The notes under the pieces were generated by a model, which worked only from the letters and a program-made list of their open reading frames with translations, was not told the origin of the DNA and did no database searches. A program made the position numbers and the translations under genes. A DNA stretch of 49,783 bases from a bacterium (GTDB lineage Bacteria; Planctomycetota; UBA1135; GCA-002686595): the NCBI GenBank assembly GCA_030426785.1, contig JAUHXY010000001.1, forward strand, positions 1-49,783, in the 5' to 3' direction. This document shows positions 9,178 to 17,602 of the stretch, piece after piece; the stretch's first letter is position 1, and every line of letters begins with the position of its first letter.

Positions 9178-10755
9178 CTACTGTCCGGAGGACTGGATGG
9201 TCTGCTTGAGGTTTTGGACGAAGGCTTGGACGTCCGGATTGTTCGGGGCGACCGCGATGGCCCGATCTCCCGCGCGCAGGGCTTCTTGCTGGTTGCCGAG
9301 GGTGAGGTGAGCCCGCGCAAGCAGCACCCACGCTCCGGGGTTCTCGGGGTTTTGGATGGTGCCCTGCTTCGCGAAGGTCAACATTTCGCGCGTGCGCCCG
9401 GTTTGCGCGTACAGCATGGTCATGCGCTCGAACAACTGCGGCTCTTGACAGCCCAGGAGGTGCGCGCGCTGGAACATGGTCAAGACGGCCTGGAAGGCTT
9501 GCCCCGCGTTCGGGTCCTGGGGGTTGATGCCCGCCAATTCCGTGAGCCCGCGGTAGAACCAAGCGGTGCCCAGGTGCGGCGCCAGCTCGACGGCTTCGGT
9601 GGCTTTGGCACGAGCTAGGTTCATGCGTTCGACCATCTGCTCTTGGCTGCTCGACTGGCCGATCAGGTTCAGGTAGGTCAAGGCCAGCTGGTTTTTGGTC
9701 TGGTAGTGCGTCGGATCGATGGTTTCGCTCTTTTGCAGCAACTCGAGCGACCGGTCGAGACGGCCCATCATGGTGTGCGCTCGGGCGGCTAGGTTCAGCA
9801 CCATCACGTCTTCGGGGCGCTCGACCATCATGGCCTCCAGCTCGGTCAGCGCTTCGGGCAAGCGACCTTCTTGCATGGAGATTTCGATGTTGCGCATGCG
9901 GTTGCCGAAACCTGCGCGCATCTGGACCAACAAAGGGGAGTGCGGATCGGGCGGCAAAACCGGGTACGCGCCGCGCCCGCGGGTCAGTTGAAACTGCGCT
10001 TCGGCCTCCTTGCCTTGCTCCGCCAAGATTTGGCCGAGCAAGTAGTGCGCGTGGGGGTAGTGGGGCTGCAGGGCGAGGGCTTCTTGCAAGAGGGTCTTGG
10101 CCTCGTCCAGTCGATCCAGTTCCCACAGCACGACGGCCAAGCCCACGCGACTGGCGGGGATGGGGATCGGCTTTTGCGAGCGCTGCTCGGGATCGGCCTT
10201 CTCCCACATGATTTGCTCGGCCGCGATGGCGTTGCGCCAAGCGGCTTCGGCTTGTTCCAGGTGGCCCAGGTCATAGCGCGCTTGCCCCAAGCGCGCCTGC
10301 ACGATAGCGGTGCCGCTCAGTTTGGGCGCGATGTCCGTCAGCAGTTCCGCGGCCCGATCGGCGTGGCCCAGCGCATGCTCGCACACCGCCACCCGGTACA
10401 ACCATTGATCGCGGTGGCTGCCCTCACCCGGCAAGGTGTCGAAGGCCCCTTGGTAGACGTCCCGCGCCGGCGTCCACATGGTGTTGGCTTCGAACGCCAA
10501 ACCCAAGCGGGTCAGCGCCATGCCAACCGCGGTGGCTTTTTCCTCGCCTTGCAAGGATTCATCGGCGATCGCTTGTTCGACTTCGGCCCGTTGCGCTTGA
10601 ACCAGTTCGACCACCTCTGGATCCATGCGGGAGGTATCCCCGATATCGGGCAGTGACGGCCACTGGTGGCCGGTTGCAGGGGCAGCAGGAACGGGAGAAT
10701 CCTGGGCCGCCAAGGGCGCGCACCAGACCAAACAAGACGCCAAAAACCACTTCAT
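9178..10755 (-). CDS. Exported tetratricopeptide (TPR) repeat protein
   Basis: 525 aa, ATG start. Signal peptide MKWFLASCLVWCAPLAAQ. TPR-like helical repeats run throughout. Its stop lies 4 nt before the CRTAC1-like start. Confidence 0.85.
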   Translation of the reverse strand: MKWFLASCLVWCAPLAAQDSPVPAAPATGHQWPSLPDIGDTSRMDPEVVELVQAQRAEVEQAIADESLQGEEKATAVGMALTRLGLAFEANTMWTPARDVYQGAFDTLPGEGSHRDQWLYRVAVCEHALGHADRAAELLTDIAPKLSGTAIVQARLGQARYDLGHLEQAEAAWRNAIAAEQIMWEKADPEQRSQKPIPIPASRVGLAVVLWELDRLDEAKTLLQEALALQPHYPHAHYLLGQILAEQGKEAEAQFQLTRGRGAYPVLPPDPHSPLLVQMRAGFGNRMRNIEISMQEGRLPEALTELEAMMVERPEDVMVLNLAARAHTMMGRLDRSLELLQKSETIDPTHYQTKNQLALTYLNLIGQSSSQEQMVERMNLARAKATEAVELAPHLGTAWFYRGLTELAGINPQDPNAGQAFQAVLTMFQRAHLLGCQEPQLFERMTMLYAQTGRTREMLTFAKQGTIQNPENPGAWVLLARAHLTLGNQQEALRAGDRAIAVAPNNPDVQAFVQNLKQTIQSSGQ

Positions 10756-10837
10756 AAGAGGTGCCGATTATAGCCCACCAGGGACCTCCAAGGCCGGATA
10801 GGGGGTCAAACTCGGGTGAAAACCGCGATCGCGCGGT

Positions 10838-11854
10838 TCACGCTACCGGAGCGTTGAGCCCCGCTTCCAAGGCGCTTTCAATCGCGGCGACCACCGCGTC
10901 TTGAGAGCCGAGCGCCAAGTAGTGATGACTGCCGGGCACCACCTCGAAACGCGCATCGCTCGAAAGGGAAGTGCTTTTGCGCTGTTGCTCGGCAAACAGT
11001 TGGTTGTACTCGTCCGTAGGAAAGCCTTTCGGCGCCAAGTCCGGCTGCGTACTCGTTTCCGCAGCCAAGATGCGGATCGGAAACTCGAAGCGATCGTCCA
11101 GCGACTCCAGGTGCGAACGACTGTCGGCTTTGGCCTCTTGTTCCGCCAAGATGGTCTTGAGGGTGCTGGGCATGTAGCCGCGCTGGACCATGGCTTGCAG
11201 GTCGCGGTCGCGCAGCCCGTGGTTCGGGATCTGCGGCACGGTCAACTCCATTTTGGCGGCCCGGCAGATGCCAAAAGCATTCGCGAGGGCGAGCAGGCGC
11301 ACGAACAGGGGGGAGGCTTCCGCCGAAGGCAACCCTTGGCGCCGAGCGATGTCGGCGAAGCCTTCGTGCTCCCCGTCCAAAAGGACGAGGCCCGCGGTTT
11401 CAAACGGGTAGCGGTGAGCGTACATGCGCGCCACCCAAGTTCCTTGCCCATGGGCGACCAAGAGAGCCCGGCGCTTGGGAGCGATGGCCAGCAGCAGTTG
11501 GTGCAATTCCTTGGCCAAGGAATCGGCATCGCGCGGCCCGGTTCCAGGCTGGCTCCAACCCAGGCCGGCGCGGTCGTAGGCCACCACGGTGTGGCGTTGA
11601 CCCAGGGTCTGCGGCAACGAGCCCCAATGGGAAGACCAATCGGCGGCGTCCGCTTCCAGCAGGATCAAAGGGTGGTCCTGGCTGCTTTCCAGGTGGTGGG
11701 CCCCAAAGACTTGGTAGTGCAGGCGATGGCCCCCCACGTCCAAGAAGTCCCCGGGGGGGGCGTAGCGTTTGGCCGCCCGGGCTCGGGCGATCCGCTCGCT
11801 TCCTGCGGCTAGGCCTGCCAAGAGGAGTGGGGTGAAGTACAGCAAGCCGGCCAT
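10838..11854 (-). CDS. Alpha/beta-hydrolase fold protein, membrane-anchored, with non-canonical nucleophile elbow
   Basis: 338 aa from ATG 11854 (the ORF-track start 11875 is TTG). N-terminal hydrophobic anchor. Typical fold landmarks are present (HRLHYQVFG, PLILLEA, VVAYDRAGLGWS). The elbow reads LLVAHGQGTWV where GHSxG is expected. Confidence 0.8.
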   Translation of the reverse strand: MAGLLYFTPLLLAGLAAGSERIARARAAKRYAPPGDFLDVGGHRLHYQVFGAHHLESSQDHPLILLEADAADWSSHWGSLPQTLGQRHTVVAYDRAGLGWSQPGTGPRDADSLAKELHQLLLAIAPKRRALLVAHGQGTWVARMYAHRYPFETAGLVLLDGEHEGFADIARRQGLPSAEASPLFVRLLALANAFGICRAAKMELTVPQIPNHGLRDRDLQAMVQRGYMPSTLKTILAEQEAKADSRSHLESLDDRFEFPIRILAAETSTQPDLAPKGFPTDEYNQLFAEQQRKSTSLSSDARFEVVPGSHHYLALGSQDAVVAAIESALEAGLNAPVA

Positions 11855-12163
11855 GGGGGGCGAAGATCCTAGCAAGTTGGTTCCGGGGTCGCACGAACTC
11901 CCGAAGGTCCCCGCAAGGCGAGTTGCCGACGCCGCACATCAGCCCGCAGGGGAGCGAAAGCGCGCCATTTCGACGGTCTTTTGGCCCACGCGCTGCCTCA
12001 ATCCGGAACCCTGCCCAACGAGCCCTTACCCCGCTCACTTCCTTTTCGCGCGGCTGGCAGACGTCTCGCGCAGGTCCTTGGAACAGGCCCACCTCCTGCA
12101 GCGGCAAGCTCGGGCGGAACGGGTACCATAGAGGCCTCCGAACGCCCGTTCGGCGCCTCGCCC

Positions 12164-13756
12164 ATGTCCGTTTCTCCCCTTCTTCCCCGCCGTTGGCCTT
12201 TCTTGGCATGCGGCCTCCTCCTAGCAGCGTCCGCACAGGCCCAAGACCTGGTCGTCGCTACCGACCGCGGGGTTTGGAGCGGCCCCGCCGTTGGCCAAGG
12301 TGCCGGCATCGCGGTGGCGGCCGAGGGAGATCTGCGCGCCGTGGGGGACTACGAGGGTCGCGTGCACCTCTTCGACGTGGGCACCGATACGCCCCAGCCA
12401 ATCGATGTGTTGTTCGGGCCCGCTGGCAGCGCGTTCGGGGCCGCGTTGGACTTTCAAGGCGATCGGCTGGCCGTGGGAGCCCCTTGGGACGGCCCGGAAG
12501 GGTCGGGCAGCGTGCACCTGTTCACCCGTGATAGCGACGGGGTTTGGCAGCTCGAGCAAGTCTTGGTCGGGCCCGGCGGTGCTGCGCACGATCGCTTCGG
12601 CGCCGAAGTTTTGTGGATGGAAGATCGCCTCGCCGTGGGAGCTCCCGGTCAGGGAGGCGGACGCGTGCACCTGTTCGCGCCGGTGGGGTCCATGCTGGCG
12701 GTGACCCAAGTGCTCGCGGCGAGCGACGGGGCGGTCGGAGATGGATTGGGCAGTGCGATCGCGTGGCATGGTGATCTGTTGGTCCTCGGCGCTCCCTTCG
12801 CTAGTGCGACCGTGCCTCACCAAGGCGCCGTCTACACGTTCCGCGACAACGGAGGCACATGGCTCGAAGAGAGCAAACTGGTCGCGGTCGGCGCGACCGA
12901 AGACAGCGGCTTCGGGACCAGCGTTTGCACCGATGGCTTTTTCGTGGCGATCGGGGCCCCCGCTGCGATCAACGGCACGATTCCCGCCGGGCGGGGCTAC
13001 GTGTTCGTCAACGGGATCTCCGGTTGGACCTCGATCGGTGTATTGGGTCCTGTCTTGGGTCGTCCGCGCGACTTCTTCGGCAGTTCCATGGGCATGCGCC
13101 CCGGCCTGATCGCGGTCGGTGCACCGGGCGATGACACGGCCCAGGGACTGGGCACCGGATCGATCAGCGTGTTCGCCGAAGTGAATAGCCTGTGGAGCCG
13201 CCAATACGAAGCGATCTTGCAGCCGTCCGAGCCGGAAGCTTGGCTCGGCGCACACCTCGATGTGAGCGGCCATGCTTTCGCAGTTTCCGCTCCAGGCCAT
13301 ACCAACGGCACGGGCACGGTTTGGGCGCAATCGATCCGCACGCGCATCGATTCGAACTCTTGCGGTCCGGCCGTCGACCATTCCGGTGCGACCGATGCGC
13401 GCATCTTCGCCTACGGATCGCCGCGCTTGGACGACGGGCCGTTAGGCCTTTCCATCGTGAACCTGCCCGCGTCGACCTTCGGCGTGGTGTTGGTCAGCGA
13501 TGGGCTCGGGAATTTGCCTGGATTCATGGGCGGGCAAGGGACGTTGTGCTTGGCGCAGCCGGTCGGGTTGTTCGTCGACCAGGTCGGGCTGGGAGGCACC
13601 GCGGGCGCCTTCTCGGTCGAAGTGGATTGGCAAGGCTTGCCGCTCTTCGGCGCGGCGCAAGTGGGGCAGAGTTACCACTTCCAAGGCTGGTTCCGAGATC
13701 AAAACCCGCAACCGACGACCAACCTGACCGACGCCGTTTCCATTCTCTTGCAGTAA
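12164..13756 (+). CDS. Exported FG-GAP (integrin-alpha-like) beta-propeller repeat protein with uncharacterised C-terminal domain
   Basis: 530 aa from ATG 12164. Signal peptide ...FLACGLLLAASAQAQ. Repeated blades of the form [VL]GAP....G.G.[VI].[LVF]F (VGAPWDGPEGSGSVHLF, VGAPGQGGGRVHLF, LGAPFASATVPHQGAVYTF, IGAPAAINGTIPAGRGYVF, VGAPGDDTAQGLGTGSISVF, VSAPGHTNGTGTVW). Confidence 0.75.
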   Translation: MSVSPLLPRRWPFLACGLLLAASAQAQDLVVATDRGVWSGPAVGQGAGIAVAAEGDLRAVGDYEGRVHLFDVGTDTPQPIDVLFGPAGSAFGAALDFQGDRLAVGAPWDGPEGSGSVHLFTRDSDGVWQLEQVLVGPGGAAHDRFGAEVLWMEDRLAVGAPGQGGGRVHLFAPVGSMLAVTQVLAASDGAVGDGLGSAIAWHGDLLVLGAPFASATVPHQGAVYTFRDNGGTWLEESKLVAVGATEDSGFGTSVCTDGFFVAIGAPAAINGTIPAGRGYVFVNGISGWTSIGVLGPVLGRPRDFFGSSMGMRPGLIAVGAPGDDTAQGLGTGSISVFAEVNSLWSRQYEAILQPSEPEAWLGAHLDVSGHAFAVSAPGHTNGTGTVWAQSIRTRIDSNSCGPAVDHSGATDARIFAYGSPRLDDGPLGLSIVNLPASTFGVVLVSDGLGNLPGFMGGQGTLCLAQPVGLFVDQVGLGGTAGAFSVEVDWQGLPLFGAAQVGQSYHFQGWFRDQNPQPTTNLTDAVSILLQ

Positions 13757-13806
13757 CGCAACACGCGTCGCTGGCGACTTCGATCGGCATGGGTCACAAT
13801 GGAACC

Positions 13807-14787
13807 ATGCGCATTCTGGTTCTCGGAGGCACTCAATTCGTAGGGCGGCACTTGGTCGAAGCCCTGCTCGCAGCGGGTCATGACCTGACCTTGTTCCATC
13901 GCGGTCGCACAGCGCAAGGCTTATTCGGGCAGGCGCGCGAAGTCCTTGGCAACCGTGATGGAGAGCTCGATCGCTTGCAGGAGGAGTCCTTCGACTGGGT
14001 CGTCGATACCTGCGGCTACGTGCCCCGCGTCGTGCAACAGAGTGTGGACGCATGGGCCCAGCGCTGCGACCACTACCTGTTCATCTCCACCGTGTCGGTG
14101 TACGAGGATTTCTCCCAACCCGGCCTGCACGAGGGTTCTGCGGTACGCACGATCGAAGATCCCGAAACCGAAGAGATCGATGGGCGCACGTACGGAGCGC
14201 TCAAGGCGTTGTGCGAAGAGCGAGTTTTGGAAGCCTTTGGGGACCGGGCATTGATCCCGCGGCCGGGCATCATCGCTGGACCGTACGATCCCACCGACCG
14301 TTTTCCTTATTGGGTGCAGCGCACCGCCCGCGAAGGGCCTTTCCTGATGCCCGATGCGGCCGAACAGCCCTTGCAGCTCATCGATGCGCGCGACTTGGCG
14401 GCTTGGTGCGTGCGGCAAATCGAAGCGGGCGCTGGCGGAATCTTCAATACCGCGGGCTCGCGCGGAGCGCACACCTTGGGCTCGTTGTGGTCGGCGTGCA
14501 TGGAAGGCACTCCTGGGCGCGGGTTGCCGCGCATCGTCGGTTCGGCGCGTTTGTTAGAAAACGACGTGCGAGCCGGCCAGGACCTGCCGCTCTGGGTGCC
14601 CGACGAAACCATGCAGGGACTCTTCCAAGCGGATTCGAGTCGCGCGGAAAGCGCCGGATTGACGCACCGTCCTTTGGTCGAGGTGGTACGCGACACTTGG
14701 GCGTGGATGCAGACCTGGCCCGCGGATCACGAGTGGCGTGCTGGGCTTTCCCCCGAGCGCGAGCAAGAGCTGCTCGATGCGCTCTAG
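13807..14787 (+). CDS. NAD(P)-dependent epimerase/dehydratase-type SDR oxidoreductase
   Basis: 326 aa from ATG 13807. N-terminal Rossmann motif MRILVLGGTQFVGRHLV. The longer ORF-track version (from 13192) overlaps the upstream gene and has a junk-like composition. Confidence 0.85.
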   Translation: MRILVLGGTQFVGRHLVEALLAAGHDLTLFHRGRTAQGLFGQAREVLGNRDGELDRLQEESFDWVVDTCGYVPRVVQQSVDAWAQRCDHYLFISTVSVYEDFSQPGLHEGSAVRTIEDPETEEIDGRTYGALKALCEERVLEAFGDRALIPRPGIIAGPYDPTDRFPYWVQRTAREGPFLMPDAAEQPLQLIDARDLAAWCVRQIEAGAGGIFNTAGSRGAHTLGSLWSACMEGTPGRGLPRIVGSARLLENDVRAGQDLPLWVPDETMQGLFQADSSRAESAGLTHRPLVEVVRDTWAWMQTWPADHEWRAGLSPEREQELLDAL

Positions 14788-14829
14788 CGCCGAGTTCCCA
14801 CCGATCGATCCGACCAAGAACGACCGAAG

Positions 14830-14856
14830 AGGCCCGAGCAAGCTCGGGCCTTTTCG
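14830..14856. terminator. Hairpin terminator between convergent genes (epimerase / proS)
   Basis: AGGCCCGAG-CAAG-CTCGGGCCT (9-bp stem) is followed by TTTTCG on the + strand. The complementary strand has a moderately U-rich tail. Confidence 0.6.
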
Positions 14857-14882
14857 TGTGGTTGGCTCAAATGCCCACGAGC

Positions 14883-16355
14883 TTAGTAGTTCTTCGAGAA
14901 GAGGACCCGCTGGGCACTCGGCTGGCCGGTCTTCACGCAGGTACCCGGTTCGGCCGCCGGGCCGTCCTCGGCGTAGGGGATGCAGCGAATGGTCGCCTTG
15001 GTTGCGTCCTTGATGGCCAGCTCCGTTTCGGTCGTGCCGTCCCAGTGCGCCCACACGAAGGAGGACTCACCCTCGCGGAACACGTCGGTGAAGTCATCCC
15101 AGGAATCGATGAACACCTCTTTGGCCTTGCGGCGCGCGAGAGCATCGACGTAGAGCTTGTTTTGGAACGCGTCGAGGCGCTTGCCGATCTCTACGCCCAG
15201 GTCTTGCCAAGCGAGGGACTCCTTTTGCGGGCGACCCTTCTCGTCCTGCTCGGCGATGCGCATCTTGGCCATGACCGCTTGGTTTTCGAGGTCCCGGGGG
15301 CCGATCTCGAGGCGAATCGGCACGCCGCGCTGCTCCCAGTGGTAGTACTTCGCGCCGGGTTTGATGCCTTCGCGTGCATCGACTTCCACCGTGAGCCCAT
15401 CGGCGCGCAATTCGGCGGCGATCTTGTCGGCGGCTTCGAGCACCTTGGCGCGTTCGTCGTCCTTGCGGTAGATCGGCACGATCACCACGTGAATGGGAGC
15501 AAGGCGCGGGGGCAGCACCAATCCGTCGTCATCCGAATGCGCCATGATGAGCGCGCCGATCAGCCGGGTCGAGACGCCCCAAGAGGTCTGCCAGACGTAT
15601 TCGCGTTGGCCTTCCGCGTTTTGGAACATCACGTCGAAGGCTTTGCCGAAGTTTTGACCCAGGTCGTGGCTCGTGCCGCACTGCAGCGCTTTGCCGTCCT
15701 GCATCATGCCTTCGATCGTGCGCGTTTCGACCGCGCCGGCGAAGCGTTCGTTGGCGGTCTTAATGCCGCGAATGACGGGCAGCGCCATCACTTCATGGCA
15801 ACAATCGCGATAGACGTCGAGCATGCGCACGACCTCTTCTTTCGCTTCGTCGTGGGTGGCGTGGGCCGTGTGACCTTCTTGCCAATAGAACTCCCCGGTG
15901 CGCAGGAAGATGCGGGTGCGCATCTCCCAACGCATCACGTTCGCCCACTGGTTGATGAGCAAAGGCAGGTCGCGGTGCGAGTCGATCCACTTGGAAAAGA
16001 AGTGACCGATGATCGTCTCCGAGGTGGGGCGAATGGCGTAGGGCTCTTCGAGTTCTTTGCCACCCGCCCGGGTGACCACCGCGAGTTCGGGCGCAAAACC
16101 CTCTACGTGCTCCGCCTCCTTTTGCAGGAAGCTCATGGGGATGAGCATCGGGAAGGCCGCGTTCTTGTGACCGGTCGCTTTGAAACGCCCGTCCAGATCC
16201 GCTTGCAGCTTCTCCCAAATCGCCCAACCATGCGGTCGGATCACCATGCATCCACGCACGACGCCGGCAGCTTCCGCCAGTTCGCCGCGGGCGATGACGT
16301 CTTGGTACCACTGAGAGTAGTCCTTGGAACGGGGGGTGATCGCTTGTTGGGCCAT
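14883..16355 (-). CDS. proS: Prolyl-tRNA synthetase, archaeal/eukaryote-like type
   Basis: 490 aa from ATG 16355 (alternative ATG at 16397). N-terminal [14 protein letters not shown], class II core ([29 protein letters not shown]) and the conserved C-terminal Tyr (...FSKNY). Confidence 0.95.
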   Translation of the reverse strand: MAQQAITPRSKDYSQWYQDVIARGELAEAAGVVRGCMVIRPHGWAIWEKLQADLDGRFKATGHKNAAFPMLIPMSFLQKEAEHVEGFAPELAVVTRAGGKELEEPYAIRPTSETIIGHFFSKWIDSHRDLPLLINQWANVMRWEMRTRIFLRTGEFYWQEGHTAHATHDEAKEEVVRMLDVYRDCCHEVMALPVIRGIKTANERFAGAVETRTIEGMMQDGKALQCGTSHDLGQNFGKAFDVMFQNAEGQREYVWQTSWGVSTRLIGALIMAHSDDDGLVLPPRLAPIHVVIVPIYRKDDERAKVLEAADKIAAELRADGLTVEVDAREGIKPGAKYYHWEQRGVPIRLEIGPRDLENQAVMAKMRIAEQDEKGRPQKESLAWQDLGVEIGKRLDAFQNKLYVDALARRKAKEVFIDSWDDFTDVFREGESSFVWAHWDGTTETELAIKDATKATIRCIPYAEDGPAAEPGTCVKTGQPSAQRVLFSKNY

Positions 16356-16510
16356 GGGTTTGAGGGTTTGGGCTGAGGCGGTTTGCCCCGGCCGCATTAA
16401 GAGCAGAGAGGGTAGGGCTCCCGGCTCATGCCGTCCAGGGGGCTACCCATCGCTTCCCGACCTTTTGACGAAGATTGCAGCGGGAATCGAGGCTCCCTAC
16501 CCTGCTCGCC

Positions 16511-17062
16511 ATGGATCTCTCCCCGTGGCTCTTGGTTCTGCTCATCTTCGTGGCCCGCATCGGCGATGTGTCGCTCGGCACGATTCGGACCATCATGGTC
16601 TTTCGAGGCCTGTGGCTGGTGGCGGGCGTGATCGGCTTTTTCGAGATCCTGATCTGGTTGGTGGCGGCCAGCAAGGTGCTGCAAAACCTGGATCATTGGT
16701 ACCTGGCGGTGTCCTACGCCGCCGGATTCGCGGCGGGCAACATCGTGGGCATCTGGCTGGAGTCCAAGTTGGCTATCGGGACCGCGTTGCTGCGCACGAT
16801 CTCGGAGGATCTCGACGTGCACCTCGCCGATCACCTGCGCGCCGAGGGTTACCACGTCACCGAAATCCCAGGCTTTGAGAGGGACAAGAAGCCGATCGAA
16901 ATCTTGTTGATCGTCGAGTCCCGCAAGCGCATCGGCCCGCTGATCGAGCGCATCCACAGCTTGGATCCCAACGCGGTCTGCACCACCTCGGACGTCAAGC
17001 GTCAGGAGTCGCTCATCTCGCGCCCGGGCTTCGGGTGGCGCGCCCGGGCCAAAAAGAAGTGA
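16511..17062 (+). CDS. UPF0316-family membrane protein (DUF5698 + DUF2179)
   Basis: 183 aa from ATG 16511. The segment FVARIGDVSLGTIRTIMVFRG...GFFEILIWLVA...YAAGFAAGNIVGIWLESKLAIG matches the UPF0316 pattern. The C-terminal DUF2179-like soluble part is present. Confidence 0.8.
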   Translation: MDLSPWLLVLLIFVARIGDVSLGTIRTIMVFRGLWLVAGVIGFFEILIWLVAASKVLQNLDHWYLAVSYAAGFAAGNIVGIWLESKLAIGTALLRTISEDLDVHLADHLRAEGYHVTEIPGFERDKKPIEILLIVESRKRIGPLIERIHSLDPNAVCTTSDVKRQESLISRPGFGWRARAKKK

Positions 17063-17161
17063 TCGGGGTGGTCGTGCGCCTTCGCACGGTTTCCCGGACT
17101 GTTCAGGGTGGGTAAGGAAGGTGTCGCGCCAAAACTTCCGGCCCAAAAAATCGAAAGCTGT

Positions 17162-17187
17162 TGTCGAATCGTGGCGGGCCGTTCGAC
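17162..17187 (+). promoter_or_regulatory. Candidate ECF42-type promoter (TGTCGA-N16-CGAC) upstream of the YCII/sigma pair
   Basis: TGTCGA (17162-17167), a 16-nt spacer, then CGAC (17184-17187), about 59 nt upstream of the YCII ATG. As I recall, the ECF42 target motif is -35 TGTCGA / -10 CGA/TC upstream of DGPF genes. This recollection was not verified. Confidence 0.4.
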
Positions 17188-17245
17188 GGCGAGGTGTTTC
17201 CGGGGCTTTGACCCCTCCCCCTACCCCCAAACCAAGGAATTCACG

Positions 17246-17602
17246 ATGCGCTACATGCTCCTCATCCACGCCGCCGAAGAGATCTACGCCAAAATGAGCG
17301 AGGCCGAAATGGGCCAACTGATGGCCGGCTACGGCCGTTTCACCACTGAGTTGGAGGCGGCCGGCGCCCTGCTCGGAGGCGAACGCCTGCAAGACGTCGA
17401 AAACGCGACCACCGTGCGCGTGCGCGGCGGCAAGACGGAGGTCACCGACGGCCCGTTTGCGGAGACCAAGGAGCAGTTCGGAGGCTACTACATGATCGAA
17501 GCCAAGGATCTCGACGAAGCCATCGCCTGGGCCGCCAAGGTTCCCTGTTCCGCCAATGGTTGCGTCGAAGTGCGGCCGATTTGGGAAATGGAGCCTGCCT
17601 GA
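17246..17602 (+). CDS. YCII-related (DGPF) domain protein
   Basis: 118 aa from ATG 17246, preceded by AAGGA. MRYMLLIH..., ...VTDGPFAETKEQFGGYYMIEA is the classic DGPF/YCII signature. Confidence 0.85.
   Translation: MRYMLLIHAAEEIYAKMSEAEMGQLMAGYGRFTTELEAAGALLGGERLQDVENATTVRVRGGKTEVTDGPFAETKEQFGGYYMIEAKDLDEAIAWAAKVPCSANGCVEVRPIWEMEPA

Noticed and set aside
12055-12070. Sigma-54-like element TGGCAG-N5-TCGCG (GG-N10-GC spacing), 94 nt upstream of the FG-GAP gene
   Set aside because: Only the GG/GC dinucleotides and TGGCA match. The -12 box is TCGC rather than TTGC. Such matches are expected by chance in GC-rich DNA, and no enhancer-binding protein gene is nearby.
14052-16376. 774-aa + strand ORF
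   Set aside because: It is antisense to proS and out of frame over the end of the epimerase gene. It is Arg/Gly/Ala-rich with no recognisable motifs, and proS is unambiguous.
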